Shown: one piece after another, positions 16,750-33,200 of the stretch
Numbering within the stretch: the stretch's first letter is position 1
Layout of the letters: the number at the start of each line of letters is the position of its first letter
NCBI GenBank assembly: GCA_964016885.1
Contig: OZ024759.1
Coordinates: 2,046,001 to 2,110,000, forward strand
Direction: 5' to 3'
Origin: Eledone cirrhosa
Taxonomy: Eukaryota
DNA: 64,000 bases
Notes under the pieces: model-generated
Database searches by the model: none
What the model was told of the DNA's origin: nothing
Seen by the model: the letters and a program-made list of their open reading frames with translations, nothing else
Program-made: the position numbers and the translations under genes

Positions 16750-19700
16750 TATATTAGTAGCATGACACAGTCTATATTAGTAACATGATACAGTCTATAT
16801 TAGTAACATGACAAAGTCTATATTAGTAACATGACAAAGTCTATATTAGTAAAATGACAAAGTCTATATTAGTAACATGACAAAGTCTTTATTAGTAACA
16901 TGACACAGTCTATATTAGTAACATGACACAGTCTATATTAGTAACATGACAAAGTCTATATTAGTAACATGACAAAGTCTATATTAGTAACATGACACAG
17001 TCTATATTAGTAACATCACACAGTCTATATTAGTAACATGACAAAGTCTATATTAGTAACATGACAAAGTCTATATTAGTAACATGACACAGTCTATATT
17101 AGTAACATGACACAGTCTATATTAGTAACATGACACAGTCTTTATTAGTAACATGAGACAGTCTATATTAGTAGCATGACAAAGTCTATATTAGTAACAT
17201 GACACAGTCTACATTAGTAACATGACAAAGTCTATATTAGTAACATGACACAGTCTATATTAGTAACATGAGACAGTCTATATTAGTAACATGACTAAGT
17301 CTATATTAGTAACATGACACAGTCTATATTAGTAACATGACACAGTCTATATTAGTAACATGACAAAGTCTATATTAGTTACATGACAAAGTCTATATTA
17401 GTAACATGACAAAGTCTATATTAGTAACATGACACAGTCTATATTAGTAACATGACGAAGTCTATATTAGTAACATGACACAGTCTATATTAGTAACATG
17501 ACACAGTCTATATTAGTAACATGAAAACGTCTATATTAGTAACATGACAAAGTCTATATTAGTAACATGACAAAGTCTATATTAGTAACATGACAAAGTC
17601 TATATTAGTAGCATGACACAGTCTATATTAGCAACATGACAAAGTCTATATTAGTAACATGACACAGTCTATATTAGTAACATGACACAGTCTATATTAG
17701 TAACATGACACAGTCTATATTAGTAACATGACAAAGTCTACATTAGTAACATGACAAAGTCTATATTAGTAACATGACAAGGTCTGTATTAGTAACATGA
17801 CACACTCTATATTAGTAGCATGACACAGTCTATATTAGTAACATGATACAGTCTATATTAGTAACATGACAAAGTCTATATTAGTAACATGACAAAGTCT
17901 ATATTAGTAAAATGACAAAGTCTATATTAGTAACATGACAAAGTCTTTATTAGTAACATGACACAGTCTATATTAGTAGCATGACAAAGTCTGTATTAGT
18001 AACATGACAAAGTCTATATTAGTAACATGACAAAGTCTACATTAGTAACATGACAAAGTCTATATTAGTAACATGACACAGTCTATATTAGTAACATGAC
18101 AAAGTCTATATTAGTAGCATGACAAAGTCTATATTAGTAACATGACAAAGTCTATATTAGTAACATGACAAAGTCTATATTAGTAACATGACAAAGTCTA
18201 TATTAGTAACATGACAAAGTCGATATTAGTAACATGACAAAGTCTATATTAGTAACATGACACAGTATATATTAGTAACATGACAGTCTATATTAGTAAC
18301 ATGACAGTCTACATTAGTAACATGACACAGTCTATATTAGTAACATGACAAAGTCGATATTAGTAACATGACAATGTCTATATTAGTAACATGACAAAGT
18401 CTATATTAGTAACATGACACAGTCTATATTACTAACATGACACAGTCTATATTAGTAACATGACACAGTCTATATTAGTAACATGACAAAGTCTATATTA
18501 GTAACATGACAAAGTCTATATTAGTAACATGACAAAGTCTATATTAGTAACATGACAAAGTCTATATTAGTAACATGACACAGTCTATATTAGTAACATG
18601 ACACAGTCTATATTAGTAGCATGACACAGTCTATATTAGTAACATGATACAGTCTATATTAGTAACATGACAAAGTCTATATTAGTAACATGACAAAGTC
18701 TATATTAGTAACATGACAAAGTCTATATTAGTAACATGACAAAGTCTTTATTAGTAACATGACACAGTCTATATTAGTAACATGACACAGTCTATATTAG
18801 TAACATGACAAAGTCTATATTAGTAACATGACAAAGTCTATATTAGTAACATGACACAGTCTATATTAGTAACATCACACAGTCTATATTAGTAACATGA
18901 CAAAGTCTATATTAGTAACATGACAAAGTCTATATTAGTAACATGACACAGTCTATATTAGTAACATGACACAGTCTATATTAGTAACATGACACAGTCT
19001 TTATTAGTAACATGAGACAGTCTATATTAGTAGCATGACAAAGTCTATATTAGTAACATGACACAGTCTACATTAGTAACATGACAAAGTCTATATTAGT
19101 AACATGACACAGTCTATATTAGTAACATGACACAGTCTATATTAGTAACATGAAAAAGTCTATATTAGTAACATGACAAAGTCTATATTAGTAACATGAC
19201 AAAGTCTATATTAGTAACATGACAAAGTCTATATTAGTAGCATGACACAGTCTATATTAGCAACATGACAAAGTCTATATTAGTAACATGACACAGTCTA
19301 TATTAGTAACATGACACAGTCTATATTAGTAACATGACACAGTCTATATTAGTAACATGACAAAGTCTACATTAGTAACATGACAAAGTCTATATTAGTA
19401 ACATGACAAGGTCTGTATTAGTAACATGACACACTCTATATTAGTAGCATGACACAGTCTATATTAGTAACATGATACAGTCTATATTAGTAACATGACA
19501 AAGTCTATATTAGTAACATGACAAAGTCTATATTAGTAAAATGACAAAGTCTATATTAGTAACATGACAAAGTCTTTATTAGTAACATGACACAGTCTAT
19601 ATTAGTAACATGACACAGTCTATATTAGTAACATGACAAAGTCTATATTAGTAACATGACAAAGTCTATATTAGTAACATGACACAGTCTATATTAGTAA

Positions 19701-22295
19701 CATCACACAGTCTATATTAGTAACATGACAAAGTCTATATTAGTAACATGACAAAGTCTATATTAGTAACATGACACAGTCTATATTAGTAACATGACAC
19801 AGTCTATATTAGTAACATGACACAGTCTTTATTAGTAACATGAGACAGTCTATATTAGTAGCATGACAAAGTCTATATTAGTAACATGACACAGTCTACA
19901 TTAGTAACATGACAAAGTCTATATTAGTAACATGACACAGTCTATATTAGTAACATGAGACAGTCTATATTAGTAACATGACTAAGTCTATATTAGTAAC
20001 ATGACACAGTCTATATTAGTAACATGACACAGTCTATATTAGTAACATGACAAAGTCTATATTAGTTACATGACAAAGTCTATATTAGTAACATGACAAA
20101 GTCTATATTAGTAACATGACACAGTCTATATTAGTAACATGACGAAGTCTATATTAGTAACATGACACAGTCTATATTAGTAACATGACACAGTCTATAT
20201 TAGTAACATGAAAACGTCTATATTAGTAACATGACAAAGTCTATATTAGTAACATGACAAAGTCTATATTAGTAACATGACAAAGTCTATATTAGTAGCA
20301 TGACACAGTCTATATTAGCAACATGACAAAGTCTATATTAGTAACATGACACAGTCTATATTAGTAACATGACACAGTCTATATTAGTAACATGACACAG
20401 TCTATATTAGTAACATGACAAAGTCTACATTAGTAACATGACAAAGTCTATATTAGTAACATGACAAGGTCTGTATTAGTAACATGACACACTCTATATT
20501 AGTAGCATGACACAGTCTATATTAGTAACATGATACAGTCTATATTAGTAACATGACAAAGTCTATATTAGTAACATGACAAAGTCTATATTAGTAAAAT
20601 GACAAAGTCTATATTAGTAACATGACAAAGTCTTTATTAGTAACATGACACAGTCTATATTAGTAGCATGACAAAGTCTGTATTAGTAACATGACAAAGT
20701 CTATATTAGTAACATGACAAAGTCTACATTAGTAACATGACAAAGTCTATATTAGTAACATGACACAGTCTATATTAGTAACATGACAAAGTCTATATTA
20801 GTAGCATGACAAAGTCTATATTAGTAACATGACAAAGTCTATATTAGTAACATGACAAAGTCTATATTAGTAACATGACAAAGTCTATATTAGTAACATG
20901 ACAAAGTCGATATTAGTAACATGACAAAGTCTATATTAGTAACATGACACAGTATATATTAGTAACATGACAGTCTATATTAGTAACATGACAGTCTACA
21001 TTAGTAACATGACACAGTCTATATTAGTAACATGACAAAGTCGATATTAGTAACATGACAATGTCTATATTAGTAACATGACAAAGTCTATATTAGTAAC
21101 ATGACACAGTCTATATTACTAACATGACACAGTCTATATTAGTAACATGACACAGTCTATATTAGTAACATGACAAAGTCTATATTAGTAACATGACAAA
21201 GTCTATATTAGTAACATGACAAAGTCTATATTAGTAACATGACAAAGTCTATATTAGTAACATGACACAGTCTATATTAGTAACATGACACAGTCTATAT
21301 TAGTAGCATGACACAGTCTATATTAGTAACATGATACAGTCTATATTAGTAACATGACAAAGTCTATATTAGTAACATGACAAAGTCTATATTAGTAACA
21401 TGACAAAGTCTATATTAGTAACATGACAAAGTCTTTATTAGTAACATGACACAGTCTATATTAGTAACATGACACAGTCTATATTAGTAACATGACAAAG
21501 TCTATATTAGTAACATGACAAAGTCTATATTAGTAACATGACACAGTCTATATTAGTAACATCACACAGTCTATATTAGTAACATGACAAAGTCTATATT
21601 AGTAACATGACAAAGTCTATATTAGTAACATGACACAGTCTATATTAGTAACATGACACAGTCTATATTAGTAACATGACACAGTCTTTATTAGTAACAT
21701 GAGACAGTCTATATTAGTAGCATGACAAAGTCTATATTAGTAACATGACACAGTCTACATTAGTAACATGACAAAGTCTATATTAGTAACATGACACAGT
21801 CTATATTAGTAACATGACACAGTCTATATTAGTAACATGAAAAAGTCTATATTAGTAACATGACAAAGTCTATATTAGTAACATGACAAAGTCTATATTA
21901 GTAACATGACAAAGTCTATATTAGTAGCATGACACAGTCTATATTAGCAACATGACAAAGTCTATATTAGTAACATGACACAGTCTATATTAGTAACATG
22001 ACACAGTCTATATTAGTAACATGACACAGTCTATATTAGTAACATGACAAAGTCTACATTAGTAACATGACAAAGTCTATATTAGTAACATGACAAGGTC
22101 TGTATTAGTAACATGACACACTCTATATTAGTAGCATGACACAGTCTATATTAGTAACATGATACAGTCTATATTAGTAACATGACAAAGTCTATATTAG
22201 TAACATGACAAAGTCTATATTAGTAAAATGACAAAGTCTATATTAGTAACATGACAAAGTCTTTATTAGTAACATGACACAGTCTATATTAGTAG
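16750..22295. repeat. Tandem duplication, period 2687 bp (117 units, two of them 21 bp)
   Basis: catCac 17017/19704 and 18876/21563, gaaaaCgt 17523/20210, cacaCtct 17805/20492 and 19434/22121, all at +2687 = 117x23-4. Confidence 0.93.
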
Positions 22296-24099
22296 CATGA
22301 CAAAGTCTGTATTAGTAACATGACAAAGTCTATATTAGTAACATGACAAAGTCTACATTAGTAACATGACAAAGTCTATATTAGTAACATGACACAGTCT
22401 ATATTATTAACATGACAAAGTCTATATTAGTAGCATGACAAAGTCTATATTAGTAACATGACAAAGTCTATATTAGTAACATGACAAAGTCTATATTAGT
22501 AACATGACAAAGTCTATATTAGTAACATGACAAAGTCGATATTAGTAACATGACAAAGTCTATATTAGTAACATGACACAGTATATATTAGTAACATGAC
22601 AGTCTATATTAGTAACATGACAGTCTACATTAGTAACATGACACAGTCTATATTAGTAACATGACAAAGTCGATATTAGTAACATGACAAAGTCTATATT
22701 AGTAACATGACACAGTCTATATTACTAACATGACACAGTCTATATTAGTAACATGACACAGTCTATATTAGTAACATGACAAAGTGTATATTAGTAACAT
22801 GACAAAGTCTATATTAGTAACATGACAAAGTCTATATTAGTAACATGACACAGTCTATATTAGTAACATGACACAGTCTATATTAGTAGCATGACACAGT
22901 CTATATTAGTAACATGATACAGTCTATATTAGTAACATGACAAAGTCTATATTAGTAACATGACAAAGTCTATATTAGTAAAATGACAAAGTCTATATTA
23001 GTAACATGACAAAGTCTTTATTAGTAACATGACACAGTCTATATTAGTAACATGACACAGTCTATATTAGTAACATGACAAAGTCTATATTAGTAACATG
23101 ACAAAGTCTATATTAGTAACATGACACAGTCTATATTAGTAACATCACACAATCTATATTAGTAACATGACAAAGTCTATATTAGTAACATGACAAAGTC
23201 TATATTAGTAACATGACACAGTCTATATTAGTAACATGACACAGTCTATATTAGTAACATGACACAGTCTTTATTAGTAACATGACAAAGTCTATATTAG
23301 TAGCATGACAAAGTCTATATTAGTAACATGACACAGTCTACATTAGTAACATGACAAAGTCTATATTAGTAACATGACACAGTCTATATTAGTAACATGA
23401 GACAGTCTATATTAGTAACATGACTAAGTCTATATTAGTAACATGACACAGTCTATATTAGTAACATGACACAGTCTATATTAGTAACATGACAAAGTCT
23501 ATATTAGTTACATGACAAAGTCTATATTAGTAACATGACAAAGTCTATATTAGTAACATGACACAGTCTATATTAGTAACATGACGAAGTCTATATTAGT
23601 AACATGACACAGTCTATATTAGTAACATGACACAGTCTATATTAGTAACATGAAAAAGTCTATATTAGTAACATGACAAAGTCTATATTAGTAACATGAC
23701 AAAGTCTATATTAGTAACATGACAAAGTTTATATTAGTAGCATGACACAGTCTATATTAGCAACATGACAAAGTCTATATTAGTAACATGACACAGTCTA
23801 TATTAGTAACATGACAAAGTCTACATTAGTAACATGACAAAGTCTATATTAGTAACATGACAAGGTCTGTATTAGTAACATGACAAGGTCTATATTAGTA
23901 GCATGACACAGTCTATATTAGTAACATGATACAGTCTATATTAGTAACATGACAAAGTCTATATTAGTAACATGACAAAGTCTATATTAGTAAAATGACA
24001 AAGTCTATATTAGTAACATGACAAAGTCTTTATTAGTAACATGACACAGTCTATATTAGTAACATGACACAGTCTATATTAGTAACATGACAAAGTCTA

Positions 24100-27000
24100 T
24101 ATTAGTAACATGACAAAGTCTATATTAGTAACATGACAAAGTCTATATTAGTAAAATGACAAAGTCTATATTAGTAACATGACAAAGTCTTTATTAGTAA
24201 CATGACACAGTCTATATTAGTAACATGACACAGTCTATATTAGTAACATGACAAAGTCTATATTAGTAACATGACACAGTCTATATTAGTAACATGACAC
24301 AGTCTATATTAGTAACATGACACAGTCTATATTAGTAACATGACAAAGTCTATATTAGTAACATGACAATGTCTATATTAGTAGCATGACAAAGTCTGTA
24401 TTAGTAACATGACAAAGTCTATATTAGTAACATGACAAAGTCTGTATTAGTAACATGACAAAGTCTATATTAGTAACATGACACAGTCTATATTAGTAAC
24501 ATGACAAAGTCTATATTAGTAGCATGACAAAGTCTATATTAGTAACATGACAAAGTCTATATTAGTAACATGACAAAGTCTATATTAGTAACATGACAAA
24601 GTCTATATTAGTAACATGACAAAGTCTATATTAGTAACATGACAAAGTCTATATTAGTAACATGACACAGTCTATATTAGTAACATGACAGTCTATATTA
24701 GTAACATGACAGTCTACATTAGTAACATGACACAGTCTATATTAGTAACAAGACAAAGTCGATATTAGTAACATGACAATGTCTATATTAGTAACATGAC
24801 AAAGTCTATATTAGTAACATGACAGTCTATATTACTAACATGACACAGTCTATATTAGTAACATGACACAGTCTATATTAGTAACATGACAAAGTCTATA
24901 TTAGTAACATGACAAAGTCTATATTAGTAACATGACAAAGTCTATATTAGTAACATGACACAGTCTATATTAGTAACATGACACAGTCTATATTAGTAGC
25001 ATGACACAGTCCATATTAGTAACATGATACAGTCTATATTAGTAACATGACAAAGTCTATATTAGTAACATGACAAAGTCTATATTAGTAAAATGACAAA
25101 GTCTATATTAGTAACATGACAAAGTCTTTATTAGTAACATGACACAGTCTATATTAGTAACATGACACAGTCTATATTAGTAACATGACAAAGTCTATAT
25201 TAGTAACATGACAAAGTCTATATTAGTAACATGACAAAGTCCATATTAGTAACATGACAAAGTCTATATTAGTAACATGACACAGTCTATATTAGTAACA
25301 TGACACAGTCTAGATTAGTAACATGACACAGTCTATATTAGTAACATGAGACAGTCTATATTAGTAGCATGACAAAGTCTATATTAGTAACATGACACAG
25401 TCTACATTAGTAACATGACAAAGTCTATATTAGTAACATGACACAGTCTATATTAGTAACATGAGACAGTCTATATTAGTAACATGACACAGTCTATATT
25501 AATAACATGACACAGTCTATATTAGTAACATGACAAAGTCTATATTAGTAACATGACAAAGTCTATATTAGTAACATGACAAAGTCTATATTAGTAACAT
25601 GACAAAGTCTATATTAGTAACATGACACAGTCTATGTTAGCAACATGACAAAGTCTATATTAGTAACATGACACCGTCTATATTAGTAACATGACACAGT
25701 CTATATTAGTAACATGACACAGTCTATATTATTAACATGACAAAGTCTATATTAGTAACATGACACAGTCTATATTAGTAACATGAGACAGTCTATATTA
25801 GTAACATGACTAAGTCTATATTAGTAACATGACACAGTCTATATTAGTAACATGACACAGTCTATATTAGTAACATGAAAAAGTCTATATTAGTTACATG
25901 ACAAAGTCTATATTAGTAACATGACAAAGTCTATATTAGTAACATGACACAGTCTATATTAGTAACATGACGAAGTCTATATTAGTAACATGACACAGTC
26001 TATATTAGTAACATGACACAGTCTATATTAGTAACATGAAAAAGTCTATATTAGTAACATGACAAAGTATATATTAGTAACATGACAAAGTCTATATTAG
26101 TAACATGACAAAGTCTATATTAGTAGCATGACACAGTCTATATTAGCAACATGACAAAGTCTATATTAGTAACATGACACAGTCTATATTAGTAACATGA
26201 CACAGTCTATATTAGTAACATGACACAGTCTATATTAGTAACATGACAAAGTCTACATTAGTAACATGACAAAGTCTATATTAGTAACATGACAAGGTCT
26301 ATATTAGTAACATGACACAGGCTATATTAGTAGCATGACACAGTCTATATTAGTAACATGATACAGTCTATATTAGTAACATGACAAAGTCTATATTAGT
26401 AACATGACAAAGTCTATATTAGTAAAATGACAAAGTCTATATTAGTAACATGACAAAGTCTTTATTAGTAACATGACACAGTCTATATTAGTAACATGAC
26501 AGTCTATATTAGTAACATGACAAAGTCTATATTAGTAGCATGACAAAGTCTATATTAGTAACATGACAAAGTCTATATTAGTAACATGACACAGTCTATA
26601 TTAGTAACATGACAAAGTCTATATTAGTTACATGACAAAGTCGATATTAGTAACATGACACAGTCTATATTAGTAACATGACGAAGTCTATATTAGTAAC
26701 ATGACACAGTCTATATTAGTAACATGACACAGTCTATATTAGTAACATGAAAAAGTCTATATTAGTAACATGACAAAGTCTATATTAGTAACATGACAAA
26801 GTCTATATTAGTAACATGACAAAGTCTATATTAGTAGCATGACACAGTCTATATTAGCAACATGACAAAGTCTATATTAGTAACATGACACAGTCTATAT
26901 TAGTAACATGACACAGTCTATATTAGTAACATGACACAGTCTATATTAGTAACATGACAAAGTCTACATTAGTAACATGACAAAGTCTATATTAGTAACA

Positions 27001-30000
27001 TGACAAGGTCTGTATTAGTAACATGACACAGTCTATATTAGTAGCATGACACAGTCTATATTAGTAACATGATACAGTCTATATTAGTAACATGACAAAG
27101 TCTATATTAGTAACATGACAAAGTCTATATTAGTAAAATGACAAAGTCTATATTAGTAACATGACAAAGTCTTTATTAGTAACATGACAAAGTCTATATT
27201 AGTAAAATGACAAAGTCTATATTAGTAACATGACAAAGTCTTTATTAGTAACATGACACAGTCTATATTAGTAACATGACACAGTCTATATTAGTAACAT
27301 GACAAAGTCTATATTAGTAACATGACACAGTCTATATTAGTAACATGACACAGTCTATATTAGTAACATGACACAGTCTATATTATTAACATGACAAAGT
27401 CTATATTAGTAACATGACACAGTCTATATTAGTAACATGAGACAGTCTATATTAGTAACATGACTAAGTCTATATTAGTAACATGACACAGTCTATATTA
27501 GTAACATGACACAGTCTATATTAGTAACATGACAAAGTCTATATTAGTTACATGACAAAGTCTATATTAGTAACATGACAAAGTCTATATTAGTAACATG
27601 ACACAGTCTATATTAGTAACATGACGAAGTCTATATTAGTAACATGACACAGTCTATATTAGTAACATGACACAGTCTATATTAGTAACATGAAAAAGTC
27701 TATATTAGTAACATGACAAAGTCTATATTTGTAACATGACAAAGTCTATATTAGTAACATGACAAAGTCTATATTAGTAGCATGACACAGTCTATATTAG
27801 CAACATGACAAAGTCTATATTAGTAACATGACACAGTCTATATTAGTAACATGACACAGTCTATATTAGTAACATGACACAGTCTATATTAGTAACATGA
27901 CAAAGTCTACATTAGTAACATGACAAAGTCTATATTAGTAACATGACAAGGTCTATATTAGTAACATGACACAGTCTATATTAGTAGCATGACACAGTCT
28001 ATATTAGTAACATGATACAGTCTATATTAGTAACATGACAAAGTCTATATTAGTAACATGACACAGTCTATATTAGTAACATGACAGTCTATATTAGTAA
28101 CATGACAGTCTACATTAGTAACATGACACAGTCTATATTAGTAACATGACAAAGTCGATATTAGTAACATGACAATGTCTATATTAGTAACATGACAAAG
28201 TCTATATTAGTAACATGACACAGTCTATATTACTAACATGACACAGTCTATATTAGTAACATGACAAAGTCTATATTAGTAACATGACAAAGTCTATATT
28301 AGTAACATGACAAAGTCTATATTAGTAACATGACAAAGTCTATATTAGTTACATGACAAAGTCGATATTAGTAACATGACATAGTCTATATTAGTAACAT
28401 GACGAAGTCTATATTAGTAACATGACACAGTCTATATTAGTAACATGACACAGTCTATATTAGTAACATGAAAAAGTCTATATTAGTAACATGACAAAGT
28501 CTATATTAGTAACATGACAAAGTCTATATTAGTAAAATGACAAAGTCTATATTAGTAACATGACAAAGTCTTTATTAGTAACATGACACAGTCTATATTA
28601 GTAACATGACACAGTCTATATTAGTAACATGACAAAGTCTATATTAGTAACATGACACAGTCTATATTAGTAACATGACACAGTCTATATTAGTAACATG
28701 ACACAGTCTATATTATTAACATGACAAAGTCTATATTAGTAACATGACACAGTCTATATTAGTAACATGAGACAGTCTATATTAGTAACATGACTAAGTC
28801 TATATTAGTAACATGACACAGTCTATATTAGTAACATGACACAGTCTATATTAGTAACATGACAAAGTCTATATTAGTTACATGACAAAGTCTATATTAG
28901 TAACATGACAAAGTCTATATTAGTAACATGACACAGTCTATATTAGTAACATGACGAAGTCTATATTAGTAACATGACAAAGTCTATATTAGTAACATGA
29001 CAAAGTCTATATTAGTAAAATGACAAAGTCTATATTAGTAACATGACAAAGTCTTTATTAGTAACATGACACAGTCTATATTAGTAACATGACACAGTCT
29101 ATATTAGTAACATGACAAAGTCTATATTAGTAACATGACACAGTCTATATTAGTAACATGACACAGTCTATATTAGTAACATGACACAGTCTATATTAGT
29201 AACATGACAAAGTCTATATTAGTAACATGACAATGTCTATATTAGTAGCATGACAAAGTCTGTATTAGTAACATGACAAAGTCTATATTAGTAACATGAC
29301 AAAGTCTGTATTAGTAACATGACAAAGTCTATATTAGTAACATGACACAGTCTATATTAGTAACATGACAAAGTCTATATTAGTAGCATGACAAAGTCTA
29401 TATTAGTAACATGACAAAGTCTATATTAGTAACATGACAAAGTCTATATTAGTAACATGACAAAGTCTATATTAGTAACATGACAAAGTCTATATTAGTA
29501 ACATGACAAAGTCTATATTAGTAACATGACACAGTCTATATTAGTAACATGACAGTCTATATTAGTAACATGACAGTCTACATTAGTAACATGACACAGT
29601 CTATATTAGTAACAAGACAAAGTCGATATTAGTAACATGACAATGTCTATATTAGTAACATGACAAAGTCTATATTAGTAACATGACAGTCTATATTACT
29701 AACATGACACAGTCTATATTAGTAACATGACACAGTCTATATTAGTAACATGACAAAGTCTATATTAGTAACATGACAAAGTCTATATTAGTAACATGAC
29801 AAAGTCTATATTAGTAACATGACACAGTCTATATTAGTAACATGACACAGTCTATATTAGTAGCATGACACAGTCCATATTAGTAACATGATACAGTCTA
29901 TATTAGTAACATGACAAAGTCTATATTAGTAACATGACAAAGTCTATATTAGTAAAATGACAAAGTCTATATTAGTAACATGACAAAGTCTTTATTAGTA

Positions 30001-33000
30001 ACATGACACAGTCTATATTAGTAACATGACACAGTCTATATTAGTAACATGACAAAGTCTATATTAGTAACATGACAAAGTCTATATTAGTAACATGACA
30101 AAGTCCATATTAGTAACATGACAAAGTCTATATTAGTAACATGACACAGTCTATATTAGTAACATGACACAGTCTAGATTAGTAACATGACACAGTCTAT
30201 ATTAGTAACATGAGACAGTCTATATTAGTAGCATGACAAAGTCTATATTAGTAACATGACACAGTCTACATTAGTAACATGACAAAGTCTATATTAGTAA
30301 CATGACACAGTCTATATTAGTAACATGAGACAGTCTATATTAGTAACATGACACAGTCTATATTAATAACATGACACAGTCTATATTAGTAACATGACAA
30401 AGTCTATATTAGTAACATGACAAAGTCTATATTAGTAACATGACAAAGTCTATATTAGTAACATGACAAAGTCTATATTAGTAACATGACACAGTCTATG
30501 TTAGCAACATGACAAAGTCTATATTAGTAACATGACACAGTCTATATTAGTAACATGACACAGTCTATATTAGTAACATGACACAGTCTATATTATTAAC
30601 ATGACAAAGTCTATATTAGTAACATGACAAAGTCTATATTAGTAACATGAGACAGTCTATATTAGTAACATGACTAAGTCTATATTAGTAACATGACACA
30701 GTCTATATTAGTAACATGACACAGTCTATATTAGTAACATGACAAAGTCTATATTAGTTACATGACAAAGTCTATATTAGTAACATGACAAAGTATATAT
30801 TAGTAACATGACACAGTCTATATTAGTAACATGACGAAGTCTATATTAGTAACATGACACAGTCTATATTAGTAACATGACACAGTCTATATTAGTAACA
30901 TGAAAAAGTCTATATTAGTAACATGACAAAGTATATATTAGTAACATGACAAAGTCTATATTAGTAACATGACAAAGTCTATATTAGTAGCATGACACAG
31001 TCTATATTAGCAACATGACAAAGTCTATATTAGTAACATGACACAGTCTATATTAGTAACATGACACAGTCTATATTAGTAACATGACACAGTCTATATT
31101 AGTAACATGACAAAGTCTACATTAGTAACATGACAAAGTCTATATTAGTAACATGACAAGGTCTATATTAGCAACATGACACAGGCTATATTAGTAGCAT
31201 GACACAGTCTATATTAGTAACATGATACAGTCTATATTAGTAACATGACAAAGTCTATATTAGTAACATGACAAAGTCTATATTAGTAAAATGACAAAGT
31301 CTATATTAGTAACATGACAAAGTCTTTATTAGTAACATGACACAGTCTATATTAGTAACATGACAGTCTATATTAGTAACATGACAAAGTCTATATTAGT
31401 AGCATGACAAAGTCTATATTAGTAACATGACAAAGTCTATATTAGTAACATGACACAGTCTATATTAGTAACATGACAAAGTCTATATTAGTTACATGAC
31501 AAAGTCGATATTAGTAACATGACACAGTCTATATTAGTAACATGACGAAGTCTATATTAGTAACATGACACAGTCTATATTAGTAACATGACACAGTCTA
31601 TATTAGTAACATGACACAGTCTATATTAGTAACATGACAAAGTCTACATTAGTAACATGACAAAGTCTATATTAGTAACATGACACAGTCTATATTAGTA
31701 GCATGACACAGTCTATATTAGTAGCATGACACAGTCTATATTAGTAACATGATACAGTCTATATTAGTAACATGACAAAGTCTATATTAGTAACATGACA
31801 AAGTCTATATTAGTAAAATGACAAAGTCTATATTAGTAACATGACAAAGTCTTTATTAGTAACATGACAAAGTCTATATTAGTAAAATGACAAAGTCTAT
31901 ATTAGTAACATGACAAAGTCTTTATTAGTAACATGACACAGTCTATATTAGTAACATGACACAGTCTATATTAGTAACATGACAAAGTCTATATTAGTAA
32001 CATGACACAGTCTATATTAGTAACATGACACAGTCTATATTAGTAACATGACACAGTCTATATTATTAACATGACAAAGTCTATATTAGTAACATGACAC
32101 AGTCTATATTAGTAACATGAGACAGTCTATATTAGTAACATGACTAAGTCTATATTAGTAACATGACACAGTCTATATTAGTAACATGACACAGTCTATA
32201 TTAGTAACATGACAAAGTCTATATTAGTTACATGACAAAGTCTATATTAGTAACATGACAAAGTCTATATTAGTAACATGACACAGTCTATATTAGTAAC
32301 ATGACGAAGTCTATATTAGTAACATGACACAGTCTATATTAGTAACATGACACAGTCTATATTAGTAACATGAAAAAGTCTATATTAGTAACATGACAAA
32401 GTCTATATTAGTAACATGACAAAGTCTATATTAGTAACATGACAAAGTCTATATTAGTAGCATGACACAGTCTATATTAGCAACATGACAAAGTCTATAT
32501 TAGTAACATGACACAGTCTATATTAGTAACATGACACAGTCTATATTAGTAACATGACACAGTCTATATTAGTAACATGACAAAGTCTACATTAGTAACA
32601 TGACAAAGTCTATATTAGTAACATGACAAGGTCTATATTAGTAACATGACACAGTCTATATTAGTAGCATGACACAGTCTATATTAGTAACATGATACAG
32701 TCTATATTAGTAACATGACAAAGTCTATATTAGTAACATGACACAGTCTATATTAGTAACATGACAGTCTATATTAGTAACATGACAGTCTACATTAGTA
32801 ACATGACACAGTCTATATTAGTAACATGACAAAGTCGATATTAGTAACATGACAATGTCTATATTAGTAACATGACAAAGTCTATATTAGTAACATGACA
32901 CAGTCTATATTACTAACATGACACAGTCTATATTAGTAACATGACAAAGTCTATATTAGTAACATGACAAAGTCTATATTAGTAACATGACAAAGTCTAT

Positions 33001-33200
33001 ATTAGTAACATGACAAAGTCTATATTAGTTACATGACAAAGTCGATATTAGTAACATGACACAGTCTATATTAGTAACATGACGAAGTCTATATTAGTAA
33101 CATGACACAGTCTATATTAGTAACATGACACAGTCTATATTAGTAACATGAAAAAGTCTATATTAGTAACATGACAAAGTCTATATTAGTAACATGACAA
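24100..33200. repeat. Tandem duplication, period 4864 bp (212 units), with an 8-unit deletion in the second copy
   Basis: aacaAgac 24751/29615, tctaGat 25313/30177, aAtaac 25501/30365 and caGGct 26320/31184, all +4864. The offset drops to 4680 after ~31600 (gacgaag 27623/32303). Confidence 0.9.
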
